Positions 61,358 to 64,000 of a stretch of 64,000 bases of DNA are shown in pieces; position 1 is the stretch's first letter, and every line of letters starts with the position of its first letter. Source of the stretch: Macrostomum lignano (taxonomy: Eukaryota); the NCBI GenBank assembly GCA_002269645.1, contig NIVC01000056.1, forward strand, positions 992,001 to 1,056,000, written 5' to 3'. The position numbers and the translations under genes were made by a program. The notes under the pieces are model-generated. The model searched no databases and was not told the origin of the DNA. It was given only the letters and a program-made list of their open reading frames with translations.

Positions 61358-62754
61358 CTTTTTTCATGGTCACTCAAGCCCTAAGAAAAACAACCCCAAA
61401 CCAGATGGAAAACGTGGCCGCCTACTTTAGCACTGACACGAGAATAATGACAATGCGAGGGGCAAGTATAGACGGGGTTTCGTTATTTTTTCGACAGAGT
61501 GAAGACTCAAGTTGAACGATGTTGTTTTGCTTGGCTAGCTAAGTTCAGTGCCAAGGCCACGAAAATATCTGGCATATACAATAGCGATGCAGGTCCATCA
61601 TTTTCTTACTCAACCGCTCTCGTCTTTTTATTGTGCCATAATATTTATTGGGCCAAGTTTTGAGCATCCACCCACCCGAATGGGTTAGTTATAGTTCTAA
61701 AAACGCACAGGGCTTTGAAGAGTTGAAGAGGTTTAAATGAAACATCTGGATTGGAACTTGTGCTGGAAAATCTTTCTCTCTGCAGTAGCTGTTTGTAGCA
61801 ACTTAGCAATTATATTTTTTATTCTACTAACCTAGAAAAATCCAAGGAGTATAGGTTGAAAAAACTTGGCTTAGCGTATTTCGGAAAAAAACTCTGTCTC
61901 AATATGAGATCTGAAAGTCGATTTATCTAAACTAAACGTATCAAAAATAAAGTGGTACTTTGGTCGAAAGTTTGTCACTATATTAATCCTAACTCCCAAC
62001 TTAGGAGTGCAAAATAGCGCTATACCTACTTGTGCATAGAATACGCCCTTACTCCAGCAAAATTGACGACCTCTCTCAGATTGGGGGAAGGACGGGGGAT
62101 GAAACTTCCCACGCTTCACTACCCGAAGCCCGAAGGGACTAGATCTTGACTTTGGCCGGTACAAGGACCACTATGAGCACTTCGTTATAATCTAGTGTAG
62201 TAGTCCTTGGGCCGGTATTTCGGTATAGTCACTATAAGACCCGGTAAAAGTTGTTAGACACCACAGTTAACGGACAGTCTGACGATTTTTAATTTACGTG
62301 CATATGGAGTTGCTCGCGACATGCTTACAATCCCTTGAAGCCGTTGGTTGTCCTCACCGATTCGTCCTAAGAGATCTGACGTCATGTAATACCTGTTGCT
62401 AAAAATAGAAATGACGCCTGAAAAAATGAAGTTTCGGAGGGATGCCCAAGAACAGGGATGTTACGCGAGAATGCAGGAGGGGCCGGCCGAGGTGGAGAGG
62501 GGGGTGATGTATGCTGTATGCAAATTATAAAGTGGCTTAGAATATAATATGTTAAATTATAGATTCTTCCGGTCAATTTGCAAAATCGACTATTTACAAT
62601 ACGTTTTAACCACAACAAAATACACGTCGTCAGGTCAAGTGACAACCAGCCAAATCAAGTTGAGTATTGTCAACTCAGAGTCATCAAAAGACCAACAAGC
62701 TCTTCACAATCTCAAAACTTCACAAGCTCGACAATTATCAAGCTCGGAACTTCC

Positions 62755-64000
62755 CAAGCAGTCAGCTGGAGTCGCCGACGGCGCAACAGTTCGCTGCGAT
62801 GGAACAGGCCGGTGCAGCGATAGAGTGCCGCATTGGTGACTCGCTCGTAGCCGATCTTGAAGGCGGCGCGCAGCAGGCCAGCGTGCGCTGCATCGACCTG
62901 CTATTCGAGTGATTTCATCAGCGTCCTGATTCAAGACAGCCCTCACAGAACGGAAGGCAGCCCAGGGAAGTCTACGGCGACGTCGCAGATCCTTGCGAAC
63001 GTCCGGCACCAAACCGCCGAGGTAGACAAACTGCTGACAGCGCGGAAACTTCGTCAACTGCCAGTCTGCAGCGCCTCGGCACAAAATTTCAGCCTCGATG
63101 TCATCCAGCACGCGGTCAAGGAGCACGACGGTCTTCTGCGTGTTGACCACCAGGACGACGCTCGCCGCAACGCTTACCAGCCGGTCCAGCTTGCTGTCCT
63201 CAAAGGTCGAGGGCAGCAAGGCGAGATCGTCGGCGTCGACCGAGCAAGGCGTCGACCCACGCGTCGCTGCAGCAGGAAGCCGTCGTCGTTAGAATGGAGA
63301 ACAGTCCGCAGCACCCAGTCAAGCACTAGGACGAACAGGACGATCAAGCACCAGGTGTATCTCCCTGAAGTACCCAAGAGGATGTCTCAAAGAAATCCGA
63401 CAGGCCGTCCGGTGTTACGCTCATAGCACAGCAGCGTTCGCGCCATGATACACCATGACAGCGGAAATCAGCTGCTCTGACACATTATACCCACGAAACA
63501 CCATTGGGAGCACGACCCTCACGACCGAGTCGAAAGCCTTCCTGAAGTCAATAAAGGGAGCAATCAGGCTCGACTTGTGGGTCCGCGGTTCCCCGATGAT
63601 TCGCCGAAGAGCCAGGATCTGCACCACCGTGCCGCGATGGGGCCGGAACCCGTTCTGCTCAGGCCGCAAATACGGGTCCAGCACGGCCTGCAACCGCGAT
63701 AGCAGCATCCGGTAAACAGCTTCTCAGCGCAGGACTGCAGGCAGATATCTCGGTATTCGTCAAGCCGTGTGGGTCCCGCGGCTTCTTCGGAATAGCGACT
63801 ATGTGTGCGGTGGTCCATTCATTGGGTGCCGCCTCACCAAAAAGCACGCGGTTCATCACACTGGCGACCTCGCTGGCCACACAGTGGAGTCGCAGTGCCT
63901 CGATGGGCACCTCGTCCGGACCCAGCGCTTTGCCGCCCGGAGTATTCTGGGCGAGAATCACAACGTCGGCTGTGCTGACTGGTGCTACGTTGAAACTCTC
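62755..64000 (-). pseudogene. Decayed non-LTR retrotransposon (RTE-like) reverse transcriptase, frameshifted, continuing beyond the right edge
   Basis: Minus-strand fragments in changing frames: KALGPDEVPIEAL..PNEWTTAHIVAIPKK; RPEQNGFRPHRGTVVQILALRRII..FIDFRKAFDSV; LFVLVLDWVLR; LVVNTQKT..FVYLGG; VDAAHAGLLRAAFKIGYERVTNAALYR..LLRRRRLQL. Stops and frameshifts present. Confidence 0.88.

Noticed and set aside
62704-63426. 171-aa and 189-aa ORFs as independent genes
   Set aside because: They are a frameshifted piece of the LINE RT and its antisense shadow.

Overview
Repeat-rich metazoan genomic DNA with spliceosomal GT-AG introns, not prokaryotic. The simple-repeat load and gene style resemble a free-living flatworm such as Macrostomum, but that is inference only. 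Three protein-coding genes can be rebuilt by hand with phase-consistent splice junctions: (1) a copine (C2A-C2B-vWA) on + with at least 17 exons from ~23.9 kb to 51,391 and possible extra 5' exons at 5.6 and 20.2 kb; (2) a short 3-repeat filamin-Ig protein on + (53,607-55,108); (3) a secreted, very Arg/Lys-rich protein with two hemicentin-type vWA domains on - (61,267-58,139). A decayed RTE-like LINE reverse transcriptase runs off the right edge. Most long ORFs in the ORF track are translations of micro/minisatellites and are not genes. The introns hold over 20 distinct tandem arrays, two tRNA-derived SINE families and several TIR/foldback elements. The top non-coding signal is a complete minimal type I hammerhead ribozyme (14,641-14,681), of the kind known from Penelope-like elements. 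It lies inside a head-to-tail duplicated, apparently non-coding element with twin-hairpin 255-bp subrepeats, embedded in (TATC)n arrays.
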